Part shown: piece after piece, positions 54,653 through 63,981 of the stretch | Layout: each line of letters begins with the position of its first letter | How positions within the stretch are numbered: position 1 is the first letter of the stretch | Assembly (NCBI GenBank): GCA_011620595.1 | Contig: WOYX01000024.1 | Span: 10,984 to 74,983, forward strand | DNA: 64,000 bases | Reading direction: 5' to 3' | Source: Bacteroidales bacterium | GTDB taxonomy: Bacteria; Bacteroidota; Bacteroidia; Bacteroidales; VadinHA17 | The notes under the pieces: model-generated | The model's input: the letters and a program-made list of their open reading frames with translations, nothing else | Databases searched by the model: none | What the model was told of the DNA's origin: nothing | Position numbers and translations under genes: made by a program

Positions 54653-57600
54653 ATGAGAACAAAACTATTAATGTTGTTTGCGGTTTTGGGACTGATGCTC
54701 ACACAAGGCATTTATGCTCAGCCTAAGACCGTGACAGGGACTGTCACTGACGCCACGACGGGTGAACCGTTGCCGGGTGTCAATGTGATTATCAAGAACA
54801 CAACCACTGGTACCAGCACTGATCCGATGGGCAATTATTCCATTACTGTCGCAGCCGGACAGGTCTTGTCGTTTAGCTCATTGGGATATGAAACGCAAGA
54901 GGTAAATGTTGGTTCCGCTTCTCGTATTGACGTCAGGCTGAGTTTGGGTACGGAGATGATCGAAGATGTTGTGGTAGTTGCCTATGGTACCCAGAAAAGG
55001 GCAAATTTAACTGGTCCTGTATCAACAGTAGATGTGGGCAAGACATTGGAATCCAGACCTATTACAGATGTTGGTCGCGCCCTTCAGGGTTCGACTCCCG
55101 GCTTGATTGTTACCACTACCTCAGGTCAGATAGGAGAAGAACCAAACATTAAGATCCGTGGAATGGTGGGTACCATAAGCGGGAATACCGGTAATCCTCT
55201 TATTCTGGTAGACCAGGTGGAAGTCCCCAGCCTTAGCTACATTAATCCGGATGACATTGAGAGCATTTCAATTTTAAAGGATGGGTCATCGACTGCAATT
55301 TATGGGCCCAGGGCTGCATTCGGAGCTGTTTTGATAACTACCAAGAAAGGTAGTAAAGAAGGCAAGACCAGGGTCTCATATTCAAATAACTTTTCATGGG
55401 CAACCCCAACACAGGTTCCACAACATACCCGGGCAGACCTTAACCTACAGTATTCTCTGGATCAGCAGAATGCGCTAAAAACAACTCCCACATATGAGTA
55501 TGGCTATGTCGGATTCTATTATAATCCTGATGTTGTGGCAAAGGTTAAAAACTGGATTGACACTTATGGTGATGGGAGTGACCTTGGACGAGAGATGGTG
55601 GAAGGCAGAGACTTTGAATACAGAGCTGCCGGGGGTGCCTATTTCTACAGGCCATGGGATATATATAACATATACTATAAGGACTGGGCACCTCAGCAGA
55701 ATCAGAATCTGTCGGTCAGCGGTGGAAATCAAAGTACACAATATAGTATTTCAATGGGTTACATGAACCAGAAAGGTTCTCTTAAGCTTTTTGATGATTT
55801 CTATAAGAGGCTTAATACTGCAGGTTCTGTAAGTACGGATGTTACGAAATGGCTTACTGTCAGAGGCAACTATATGTATGCTAAAACTTCTGAAGAAACT
55901 CCTTTTCTTTATGCCGCTACCGCTTATGCTCCGATTTATTACCTGTACCGCTGGCATCAGACGTATCCTTATGGCACATACAATGGTTACGAGTTCCGTG
56001 GTGGTGTTAATGACCTGAAATCGGCACGCCCGATGGAGGATGATACTTATTATAGTCGTTATACTTTAGGGGCTACAATAAAGTTATTTGAAGGGTTGTC
56101 CCTGGATTTTGATTATACTTATGGTCAGACATTTTCCACTCATCACAGGGTGGGGGGCCAGGTCCTTGGGGTTGATTTCTGGAACAGGACCACAGCTCCT
56201 GCCAGTGACACCTTCGAAGAAGTGACCAGGGTTTATTCGACTGCATCATATGATTATGCACAGTACAACTCATCCAAGAATCTCAGGAACACCTATAACG
56301 GTTATTTGACATATGAGAAAACTTTGGGTGACCATGCCTTCAAGGTACAGACCGGAGTTAACTTTGAAGATGCTGAGTATATTTTTCATTCATCAAAAAG
56401 GAACCTTGTATATGATTTTGATAAACCGGAAGTGAATCTTGCCGGGGGAGATCAGTCTGCATCATCAAGTCATTCATGGTGGTCAGTGGCAGGGTTTTAT
56501 GGCAGGCTGAATTATGCCTTTAAAGACAGATACATACTGGAACTTAACGGTCGTTATGATGGTTCTTCAAGATTCTCTGATGTTGACCGCTGGGGATTCT
56601 TCCCATCAGCTTCTGCTGCCTGGATTGTCACTGAGGAGGATTTCGCCAAACCGCTGTTGCCTTATCTCAGCACCCTGAAACTGAGGGCCGCTTATGGTTC
56701 AATCGGCAACCAGGATGTGCCTCTTGCAGCATTCATTCCTACCCTAACGGTTACAAATCCAAGTGCCTCTGGTGCATACTGGCTGATTAACAATAATTTT
56801 GTTCCATACATTAATCATAATCCCAGCTCTCCTATGCCGGCTTTGGTGGATCCTTCACTAACATGGGAAATGGTTACTACCTTTGATGCCGGAGTAGATG
56901 CCAGGTTCTTTAATAACCGCCTTGGGATAACGTTTGACTGGTATCAGAGAAAAACGACGGGAATACTCTCACCGGGTGAGACAGTCCCGGCTTCAATTGG
57001 GGCTCCATCTGCAAGAAGGAACTTCGGTGAGCTTACAACTAATGGCATCGAATTGGCAGCAGACTATAATCACACATTTGCAAATGGTTTAAGAATAACA
57101 CTTACAGGTGCATTCTGGGATTATAAAACTGTAGTAACAAAATATGAATCGGCAGAGGATCCTTTAATCAGCTCGACATATTATGAAGGGAAAGTCCTTG
57201 GCGAAATATGGGGTTATAAGACGGAGGGGCTCTTTCAGCATGATGATTTCGTATGGGACGGGGATGCAATCCGCCAGATAGTAGTAAATACCCAATCAAA
57301 AAACCAGATGGCAGAGGGCGTAGCCAATCAATATTTGCTTGAGTCAGGATTATTCAAATTCAGCCCGGGCGATGTAAGATTTGCTGACCTCAATGGCAAT
57401 GACTCAATTGAATACGGCACCAACACAGTCGGTAACCCGGGAGACAGGACCGTAATCGGAAATACTCAACCCCGTTATCAGTTTAGTTTCAGTGTTGGGG
57501 GAGACTGGAAAGGATTTGACCTGAGGGTTTTCTTCCAGGGTGTAGGAAAACGTAACCTTTGGGCTACTGGTAACATGGTACTTCCGGGGTGGTATGGCGC

Positions 57601-57982
57601 CGAAGCCAACTTTGCTCATACAATTGATTACTGGACTCCGGAAAATACAGATGCTTTCTATCCAAGACCAATGGAATACAGTCAGATTGGGAAATGGAAT
57701 TACCTACCAAATGACAGATACATTCTGAATATGGCTTATGTCAGGCTGAAGACTCTGACATTTGGATATACACTGCCGCATAACCTGACCAGCAAGATCC
57801 AGGTTGAAAAACTGAGAGTTTACTTCAGTGGCGAGAACCTGTTTGAGTTTGATAAAATGGGCGATATACCAATAGATCCTGAACTCGACTGGACCGCTGC
57901 AACGAGTGCTGACGGTCGTTCCTATGGAAGAAGTTATCCTTACAGAAGAACCCTGGCATTTGGTGTCCAAGTACAATTCTAA
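54653..57982 (+). CDS. SusC/RagA-family TonB-dependent outer-membrane transporter
   Basis: The start is placed at the ATG at 54653 (MRTKLLMLFAVLGLMLTQGIYAQ). Carboxypeptidase-regulatory-like domain TVTGTVTDATTGEPLPGVNVIIKNTTTGTSTDPMGNYSI. TonB box EDVVVVAYG. Plug ILKDGSSTAIYGPRAAFGAVLITTKKG. Confidence 0.9.
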   Translation: MRTKLLMLFAVLGLMLTQGIYAQPKTVTGTVTDATTGEPLPGVNVIIKNTTTGTSTDPMGNYSITVAAGQVLSFSSLGYETQEVNVGSASRIDVRLSLGTEMIEDVVVVAYGTQKRANLTGPVSTVDVGKTLESRPITDVGRALQGSTPGLIVTTTSGQIGEEPNIKIRGMVGTISGNTGNPLILVDQVEVPSLSYINPDDIESISILKDGSSTAIYGPRAAFGAVLITTKKGSKEGKTRVSYSNNFSWATPTQVPQHTRADLNLQYSLDQQNALKTTPTYEYGYVGFYYNPDVVAKVKNWIDTYGDGSDLGREMVEGRDFEYRAAGGAYFYRPWDIYNIYYKDWAPQQNQNLSVSGGNQSTQYSISMGYMNQKGSLKLFDDFYKRLNTAGSVSTDVTKWLTVRGNYMYAKTSEETPFLYAATAYAPIYYLYRWHQTYPYGTYNGYEFRGGVNDLKSARPMEDDTYYSRYTLGATIKLFEGLSLDFDYTYGQTFSTHHRVGGQVLGVDFWNRTTAPASDTFEEVTRVYSTASYDYAQYNSSKNLRNTYNGYLTYEKTLGDHAFKVQTGVNFEDAEYIFHSSKRNLVYDFDKPEVNLAGGDQSASSSHSWWSVAGFYGRLNYAFKDRYILELNGRYDGSSRFSDVDRWGFFPSASAAWIVTEEDFAKPLLPYLSTLKLRAAYGSIGNQDVPLAAFIPTLTVTNPSASGAYWLINNNFVPYINHNPSSPMPALVDPSLTWEMVTTFDAGVDARFFNNRLGITFDWYQRKTTGILSPGETVPASIGAPSARRNFGELTTNGIELAADYNHTFANGLRITLTGAFWDYKTVVTKYESAEDPLISSTYYEGKVLGEIWGYKTEGLFQHDDFVWDGDAIRQIVVNTQSKNQMAEGVANQYLLESGLFKFSPGDVRFADLNGNDSIEYGTNTVGNPGDRTVIGNTQPRYQFSFSVGGDWKGFDLRVFFQGVGKRNLWATGNMVLPGWYGAEANFAHTIDYWTPENTDAFYPRPMEYSQIGKWNYLPNDRYILNMAYVRLKTLTFGYTLPHNLTSKIQVEKLRVYFSGENLFEFDKMGDIPIDPELDWTAATSADGRSYGRSYPYRRTLAFGVQVQF

Positions 57983-57993
57983 AACATATAACT

Positions 57994-59790
57994 ATGAAAG
58001 GAAAAATATTTTTAATTATAACGATACTTCTGGGTCTGACAGGTTGTGAAGATTATCTGGACCGGAAGAATCTGGATTCCTTCGATGATGCCAACTTCTG
58101 GGTAAATGAAGGAAACCTGAGACTTTATGCAATGGGCAATTATGCAGGATATTCAAGCATCAGACCCGGATATTTCTACGGATATGGTACTGGTTTTGCC
58201 TACGGTAACTTTTTTACATTTGGACCATGGTCTGATGAGTACAGTTCAAGTTCGATATGGACTCAGAACACTGCAACTTCCGGAAACGGATGGGACTTTA
58301 CATGGGTAAGAAGGCACAACCTGATGATAGATCGAGTTCAGGGGATGACACTCTCTGATGAGGCAAAGAATCACTGGTTAGGCGTAGCGAGATTTTTTAG
58401 GGCTATGGAGTATTCAAAACTTGCTGCTTTATTTGGCGATATACCCTGGTATGATAAAGAAATCTTCCCGGGTGACTATGAGGTCATCTACAAAGACCGT
58501 GATCCGGTTGAATTTGTGGTTGGCAAAATCGCTGAAGACTTCGAATATGCTGCTGCAAACGTCAGGGAAGATGATGGCATGCTCCAGGTAAACCGTAATG
58601 TGGTACTGGCTTATATGTCCAGGCATTTGCTGTATTTCGGGACCTATTTGAAATACCACAATATTGATCTGCAAGTAGCTTCTACCATGCTCGAAAAGGC
58701 AAAGTGGGCAGCAGAACAGGTAATGAACAGCAATAAATTCGAAGTTGCTGACGATTATAGGGGGTTGTTTACTTCTGAAGACCTGAGTACAAATAAAGAG
58801 GTGATATTTTACCGTCAGTATGCTGATGCGAAAGCTACTCACTCTTTGGTCTCATATAATAATCAGGAAGCTCAGACCGGAACAACCCTTAAAATGGTCA
58901 ATACCTACCTCAGCACTGATGGCCTGCCTATCAAACAGTCGCCGCTATATGACTATGCCGCCGATAACGGGATCAGATATCCGGCTGCCCAGTTTGAAAA
59001 CAGAGACCCTAGGATGCTTGCCACAATGGTTGACTCAATCAGAATAAACCAGGTTCACAGCGCATATTCGACCACAGGATTCCTCTCCCTGAAGTTCCTT
59101 CCCGTAGGAGCCAATTCTGTTGATCCGAAATATAACAGTTCAACCAACTCAACCGACGCCCCGGTTATGAGATACGGAGAGGTTTTGCTGAACTATGCTG
59201 AGGCTGCGGCTGAACTCGGACAGTTTACCCAGACTGATGCAGACAAGACCATTAATCTTTTACGCGACCGTAATATCAAAAAGAACAATGAAGGTCCCGA
59301 CATGACAAAGCTTCCACCAATGACAGTTTCCGGAACAACGGTATTTGCCAACGGAGTGGAGATTAACGATCCTGACAGAGACCCGACAGTCAATCCTCTT
59401 ATCTGGGAGATCCGAAGAGAACGTTGTGTGGAGCTGCTGGGTGAAGGCTTCCGAAAGGCTGACCTGAGACGCTGGAAGAAATTTGAATATCTGAATACTC
59501 TTGAGACAGCGTCCGGTCCCACAACACTTGGCAAGGGTGCACTTGTTGACCTGATGGCCTTTTCGGCAGCTGACAGGCAAAAGATTGTCAAGGCAGTACA
59601 CTTTTGGCTTCCGGTCCCTGGAGACAGCACAAAGAGTTTCATATATAATCTGTATGACTCCAATATGCGTCGGGATTGGGTACCAGGTGACTCATTCTAT
59701 GAGAGACAATATCTGAACAGTGTTCCTCTGGATCAGATAAAGCTCTACAGTGATATGGGCTTTAACCTCACACAAAACTCAGGCTGGTAG
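57994..59790 (+). CDS. SusD/RagB-family outer-membrane lipoprotein
   Basis: Lipobox LLGLTGC followed by EDYLDRKNLDSF, a classic SusD N-terminus. 598 aa, starting 11 nt after the SusC stop. Confidence 0.9.
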   Translation: MKGKIFLIITILLGLTGCEDYLDRKNLDSFDDANFWVNEGNLRLYAMGNYAGYSSIRPGYFYGYGTGFAYGNFFTFGPWSDEYSSSSIWTQNTATSGNGWDFTWVRRHNLMIDRVQGMTLSDEAKNHWLGVARFFRAMEYSKLAALFGDIPWYDKEIFPGDYEVIYKDRDPVEFVVGKIAEDFEYAAANVREDDGMLQVNRNVVLAYMSRHLLYFGTYLKYHNIDLQVASTMLEKAKWAAEQVMNSNKFEVADDYRGLFTSEDLSTNKEVIFYRQYADAKATHSLVSYNNQEAQTGTTLKMVNTYLSTDGLPIKQSPLYDYAADNGIRYPAAQFENRDPRMLATMVDSIRINQVHSAYSTTGFLSLKFLPVGANSVDPKYNSSTNSTDAPVMRYGEVLLNYAEAAAELGQFTQTDADKTINLLRDRNIKKNNEGPDMTKLPPMTVSGTTVFANGVEINDPDRDPTVNPLIWEIRRERCVELLGEGFRKADLRRWKKFEYLNTLETASGPTTLGKGALVDLMAFSAADRQKIVKAVHFWLPVPGDSTKSFIYNLYDSNMRRDWVPGDSFYERQYLNSVPLDQIKLYSDMGFNLTQNSGW

Positions 59791-59834
59791 AGCTTTATAG
59801 AACACGCAAAGAAGCAGAATCAGGGTTAGTTGTA

Positions 59835-59868
59835 GCAGAGACGCTGAACTCAGCGTCTCTGCATTTTT
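59835..59868 (+). terminator. Strong rho-independent terminator
   Basis: Perfect 12-bp stem GCAGAGACGCTG (59835-59846) / CAGCGTCTCTGC (59851-59862), loop AACT, then ATTTTT ending at 59868. Confidence 0.85.
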
Positions 59869-59869
59869 G

Positions 59870-60262
59870 GTGCGCCCGGCATGGGCGATAACTATAGGGT
59901 GAGAGTCCAGAACTCGCCCTGAACAGTGGGAAGCGTTAGCCAAAGGCAAGGGTGCCCGCCGTGAGGCGGGATCTGAAGGAAGCCGGAGGCTACGTATGGT
60001 TATTTGGAAACAGTGGAAACGGATAAGGACCAGAATAGCTAACCTCGTTAAGCTGGGCGTAAAGAAACAAAAGGCTTACGAATGGGCGAACACGAGGAAG
60101 GGTTATTGGCACATTGCTGGTAGTAACATCCTCAGCACGACTATTACCACAGAGCGTCTCCGCCTTGCTGGCTGCGTTTTCTAATCGGACCACTTCAGTA
60201 AGGTAAAAGTTGTTTCTTGGGGAACCACCGTATACGAGACCCGTACGTACGGTGGTGTGAGA
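59870..60262 (+). mobile_element. Internally deleted group II intron remnant: 5' RNA segment, last ~60 codons of the intron-encoded RT/maturase, and a domain-V-like hairpin
   Basis: GTGCG at 59870-59874 matches the GUGYG 5' consensus. The RNA segment contains GGTGAGAGTCC...CTGAAGGAAGC. ORF 59996..60184 reads VIWKQWKRIRTRIANLVKLGVKKQKAYEWANTRKGYWHIAGSNIL...RLRLAGCVF, like the C-terminus of bacterial group II maturases. The hairpin at 60224-60256 has a 10-bp outer stem (ACCACCGTAT/GTACGGTGGT), a 2-nt 3' bulge and a short inner stem, like domain V. The 3' boundary is uncertain. Confidence 0.6.
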
Positions 60263-60387
60263 GGTCGGAAATTGAAATAGGAGGAATCCTATTTCAATTT
60301 CCTCCTACTCGATTGGGCAGTGATGCATCCACTCTTATAAGCTTGATTTGCCAACGTCTGACAACCTGCAAATTAAAAATTTGCCAG

Positions 60388-60398
60388 GATGTATGACA
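60388..60398 (+). promoter_or_regulatory. GATGTATGACA motif copy (forward)
   Basis: Identical 11-mer to 32081-32091. It lies in the ~0.5-kb non-coding stretch upstream of the third SusC. Confidence 0.35.
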
Positions 60399-60572
60399 TA
60401 AACCTTATGTACGGTTTCCCCGACGCTGCATTAACACCAGATAGGTAAAGGGGCTGATTATGAGGGCAATCGATTGAATAATAGTCATATATTCAATTCA
60501 CTAATGCTTTTTCGAGACAGAATTAGGTTTTCCGACAGGCCTTTGACAGAATATTTATTAAAAATAACAACT

Positions 60573-60583
60573 TGTCATACATC
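60573..60583 (-). promoter_or_regulatory. GATGTATGACA motif copy (inverted: TGTCATACATC on the plus strand)
   Basis: Exact reverse complement of the 11-mer at 60388-60398, 174 nt downstream of it and ~200 nt upstream of the SusC start. Confidence 0.35.
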
Positions 60584-60783
60584 TTATTCTGAAAACATTT
60601 ATCTTGCTCTGCGTATTGGAATACTCAATCAGCGCCGGGCCATGACCCGGATCAATACTATCAGACCCGCGATTGAAAGAGTTTGAATTAATGTTGTAAC
60701 TTGCCCAATTGAATGTTATATGGTGGTCAAGCACCATCTGATTACTTGATAGAACCCGAAATACTAACTTAAAACATTGATTT

Positions 60784-63700
60784 ATGTTGATGTCAAAAAA
60801 AATGACCGAATGGTGTAAGCGCTTTATGGTGTCAGTGTTTGCACTGCTTCTTGTTTCCTGGACGTTATCCGCCCAGACTACAAGAGTGACCGGCAAGGTT
60901 ACAGACAACGCCGGTCTGCCTATCCCGGGGGTGACGGTACTGATTGAAGGTACTACTACCGGTGTGGCAACAGATTATGATGGCACATACTCGATTGAGG
61001 TCCCCTCAAACGGTGTGCTTCTCTTCTCTGCTATCGGAATGGAGAGTCAGAGAGTGCCTGTCAACGGCAGGTCAGTCATAAACCTGACAATGGCTGAATC
61101 ATCCGTGATGGTCGAGGAGGTTGTGGTTACCGCCCTCGGTATCGAAAAGGAGAAGAAAGCCCTGGGCTATGCTGTCCAGGATCTCAAGAGCGATGAGATC
61201 ATGAGGAACAAGCAGACAAACGTTATCAACTCGCTGGCAGGCAAGGTTGCCGGGGTAAATATCACCCAGTCAAGCGGTTCGGCTGGGGCCGGTTCAACCA
61301 TAATTATCCGCGGAGGCAACTCGGCGAGTGAGTCACGTGACAACCAGCCCCTGTTCGTGGTTGACGGTATAATCTATGATAACTCAACCGTGAACAGCGG
61401 AGACTCGGGGACCGACGGGATGACAAGGAATGCAACCTCATTCGGTAACCGCGTCATGGATATTAACCCGGATGATATTGAAAGCATGTCGATCCTTAAG
61501 GGCGCTGCCGCTTCTGCATTGTATGGTTCGCGCGCTGCAGACGGTGTGGTTATCATCACAACAAAGAGAGGAAGTGAAGGTCCTGTGAAAATTGACTTCA
61601 ATTCAAAATATTCATACTCCTGGACTGGTATTCTTCCTGAACTGCAGGGTGTATACGGCAGAGGATTTTATAACCAGGCCGGTGTGTTCAGTGACTTTAC
61701 CACCCAGTCATGGGGCAATCCGATCACCGGTGCTGTCTATGACAACGTGGGCAACTTCTTCCAGGGAGGCAATGTATTCGATAACAGCCTGAGCATTTCC
61801 GGCGGAAGCAAGAGCAACAGCTTTTATCTCTCTGTCTCCAATTTTGACCAGACCGGCGTTGTGCCCCTGACCGGGTATGACAAGACCACATTCCGTTTCA
61901 ATGGTGAACAGAAGTATGGCAAGCTGACAGTAGGTGCAAACGCGGCCTATTCGATTTCAAATACGGCAAAAACGCTGACGTCAGCCGGACTATATAACGG
62001 TGGTGGAAACGGCACCATGACTGCTACCTACGGATGGGCACGCAGTGATGATATGTCAAAATACCTGAACGAAGACGGGTCCAAATATAGGAGATTTGAA
62101 GGACTGCTGGAATTGGCAGATGAGGTAGAAAATCCTTACTGGATCATCAACAAGAACAAACTTACCGATGAAGTCAACCGTTTCACCGGTGGTATCAATG
62201 CCTCTATAGACGTGACTGAATGGTTCAACATTCTCTACCGTGTAGGTTACGACACCTACAAGAGCGGGGCTTATACCTATATCGCTCCAGGAGGATCCGT
62301 GCTTGAGAAATACCAGGATGGCCGCCTTAGTAAGAGCAGCTCCGATTATGAGTTTATTACATCAAACCTGATGCTCAATTTCAACAAGACTTTTGGGGAC
62401 TTCGATCTGAACCTACTTCTTGGTCATACAGTCGAGAATACCAACAGGGTATTGCGGACAAACTGGGGTTACGGTTTCTCCACTGCAGGTACGATAAGCT
62501 TTGCAAATATTGTTGACGACACCAAATTCTTCACGGAAAGAAACATAACAAAACGACTGGTGGGTGCCTTCGGTGAATTCAGAGCCTCATACAAAAGCAT
62601 TGCATACCTTACGGTAACAGGACGAAACGACTGGTCGTCAACGCTGCCCATAGAGAACAGGTCCTATTTCTATCCTTCAGTATCGGGTAGCCTTGTATTT
62701 ACGGAGCTGCTTCCGAAGAATGACATACTCTCATTCGGAAAGATTCGTGTCTCCTGGGCACAGGTTGGTAAGGATGCCGATGCCTATGCCACGAACACCT
62801 ATCTCTGGGCACCCCAGGTGGTCAGCGCTCATTTCGTGGGTGTCGGCAACAGCTGGACAGGAGGAAGCCCGAACCTGGTTCCTGAGATTCAGACATCAAC
62901 CGAGTTTGGTGCGGAATTACAATTCCTTAAAGGCAGGCTGGGCTTGGACTTTACATACTACAACAGTGTAACCAAAAACCAGCTGGCAAGTCCCCGTCTC
63001 GCCCAGTCGACCGGCTATATCTTCCTGACGCTGAACAGCGGCTCGGTACACAACAAGGGTATGGAGCTCTCAATTAACGCCACTCCTGTAAAGAGCCGGG
63101 ATTTCACCTGGGATCTGACCCTGAACCTCTCCGGGAACCGCGGTACCCTGGGTGAATTTCTCCCGGGTGTAGGGTTGTTCTATGTGACAGATGTTCAGAT
63201 TGGAGGTGTAAAAGCTGCCTCGATCCCCAACGGAGGATACTTCCTTGGTCTGACAGGCGATTACTGGGAGAGAGAAAAAGACGAGGAGGGTAACGAGATT
63301 CCCGATGGAAGGTACCTGATTGACGAAGTTACCGGACTCTACCAGAACACAAAGGTTACAACCAACGTCATTGGTAACCGTGAACCGGATTTTATCGGCG
63401 GACTGAATAACAATTTCCGTTATAAGAACCTGAACTTCTCCTTACTGTTTGACATAAGGAAAGGTGGAGATATCTACAACGGTACAGAGTATTTCCTTAC
63501 AGTGAATGGCTTGAGCATGAGGACTCTGGATCGTGAATCCGTCACTGTTACAGGCGTCTCCTCTTCAACCAATGAACAGCTTTCCTATACCTATCAAGCC
63601 GGGCAGACCTACACTATAGGCGGTGCTTCATATTCAGGTGAGTATATGATACAGCAATACTGGTTAAACTATGCCAATAATGCCTACAATTTCATGACCA

Positions 63701-63957
63701 GTACTAACTGGTTAAGGCTTCGCTCCATGTCGCTATCATACGACTTTGGCGGACTGCTTGGAAACAACAAGTATATAAAAGGCCTCTCCGCTTCGGTAGC
63801 AGGATATAACCTATGGCTATGGACCAACTATAAGGGTATGGACCCCGAGGTCAGTGTTTCCGGTTCAGGAACGGGTGGCTCAGGCTCAATGGGTATCGAC
63901 TATTGCGGTGTTCCTGCAACAAGGAATATCACATTCGGCCTCAATGTCACATTTTAA
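60784..63957 (+). CDS. SusC/RagA-family TonB-dependent outer-membrane transporter
   Basis: Signal peptide. VTGKVTDNAGLPIPGVTVLIEGTTTGVATDYDGTYSI, EEVVVTALG, ILKGAAASALYGSRAADGVVIITTKRG. It resembles the first SusC (4848..7916) in many blocks. The exact start is ambiguous because several in-frame Met codons lie at 60784-60802. Confidence 0.9.
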   Translation: MLMSKKMTEWCKRFMVSVFALLLVSWTLSAQTTRVTGKVTDNAGLPIPGVTVLIEGTTTGVATDYDGTYSIEVPSNGVLLFSAIGMESQRVPVNGRSVINLTMAESSVMVEEVVVTALGIEKEKKALGYAVQDLKSDEIMRNKQTNVINSLAGKVAGVNITQSSGSAGAGSTIIIRGGNSASESRDNQPLFVVDGIIYDNSTVNSGDSGTDGMTRNATSFGNRVMDINPDDIESMSILKGAAASALYGSRAADGVVIITTKRGSEGPVKIDFNSKYSYSWTGILPELQGVYGRGFYNQAGVFSDFTTQSWGNPITGAVYDNVGNFFQGGNVFDNSLSISGGSKSNSFYLSVSNFDQTGVVPLTGYDKTTFRFNGEQKYGKLTVGANAAYSISNTAKTLTSAGLYNGGGNGTMTATYGWARSDDMSKYLNEDGSKYRRFEGLLELADEVENPYWIINKNKLTDEVNRFTGGINASIDVTEWFNILYRVGYDTYKSGAYTYIAPGGSVLEKYQDGRLSKSSSDYEFITSNLMLNFNKTFGDFDLNLLLGHTVENTNRVLRTNWGYGFSTAGTISFANIVDDTKFFTERNITKRLVGAFGEFRASYKSIAYLTVTGRNDWSSTLPIENRSYFYPSVSGSLVFTELLPKNDILSFGKIRVSWAQVGKDADAYATNTYLWAPQVVSAHFVGVGNSWTGGSPNLVPEIQTSTEFGAELQFLKGRLGLDFTYYNSVTKNQLASPRLAQSTGYIFLTLNSGSVHNKGMELSINATPVKSRDFTWDLTLNLSGNRGTLGEFLPGVGLFYVTDVQIGGVKAASIPNGGYFLGLTGDYWEREKDEEGNEIPDGRYLIDEVTGLYQNTKVTTNVIGNREPDFIGGLNNNFRYKNLNFSLLFDIRKGGDIYNGTEYFLTVNGLSMRTLDRESVTVTGVSSSTNEQLSYTYQAGQTYTIGGASYSGEYMIQQYWLNYANNAYNFMTSTNWLRLRSMSLSYDFGGLLGNNKYIKGLSASVAGYNLWLWTNYKGMDPEVSVSGSGTGGSGSMGIDYCGVPATRNITFGLNVTF

Positions 63958-63981
63958 TAACGGATTTAACAATACACGATT

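Noticed and set aside
59870-60262. Functional, full-length group II intron
   Set aside because: The element is only ~0.4 kb and the RT domain is absent; just the last ~60 codons of the maturase remain. Most of domains I-IV are missing, so it cannot be an autonomous intron.
60474-60686. 70-aa ORF (TTG start) in the region upstream of the third SusC
   Set aside because: It lies in AT-rich non-coding-looking DNA. It has no ATG start and no motif, and it overlaps the inverted operator-like motif. An opposite-strand ORF of similar size (60558..60908) is equally unsupported.
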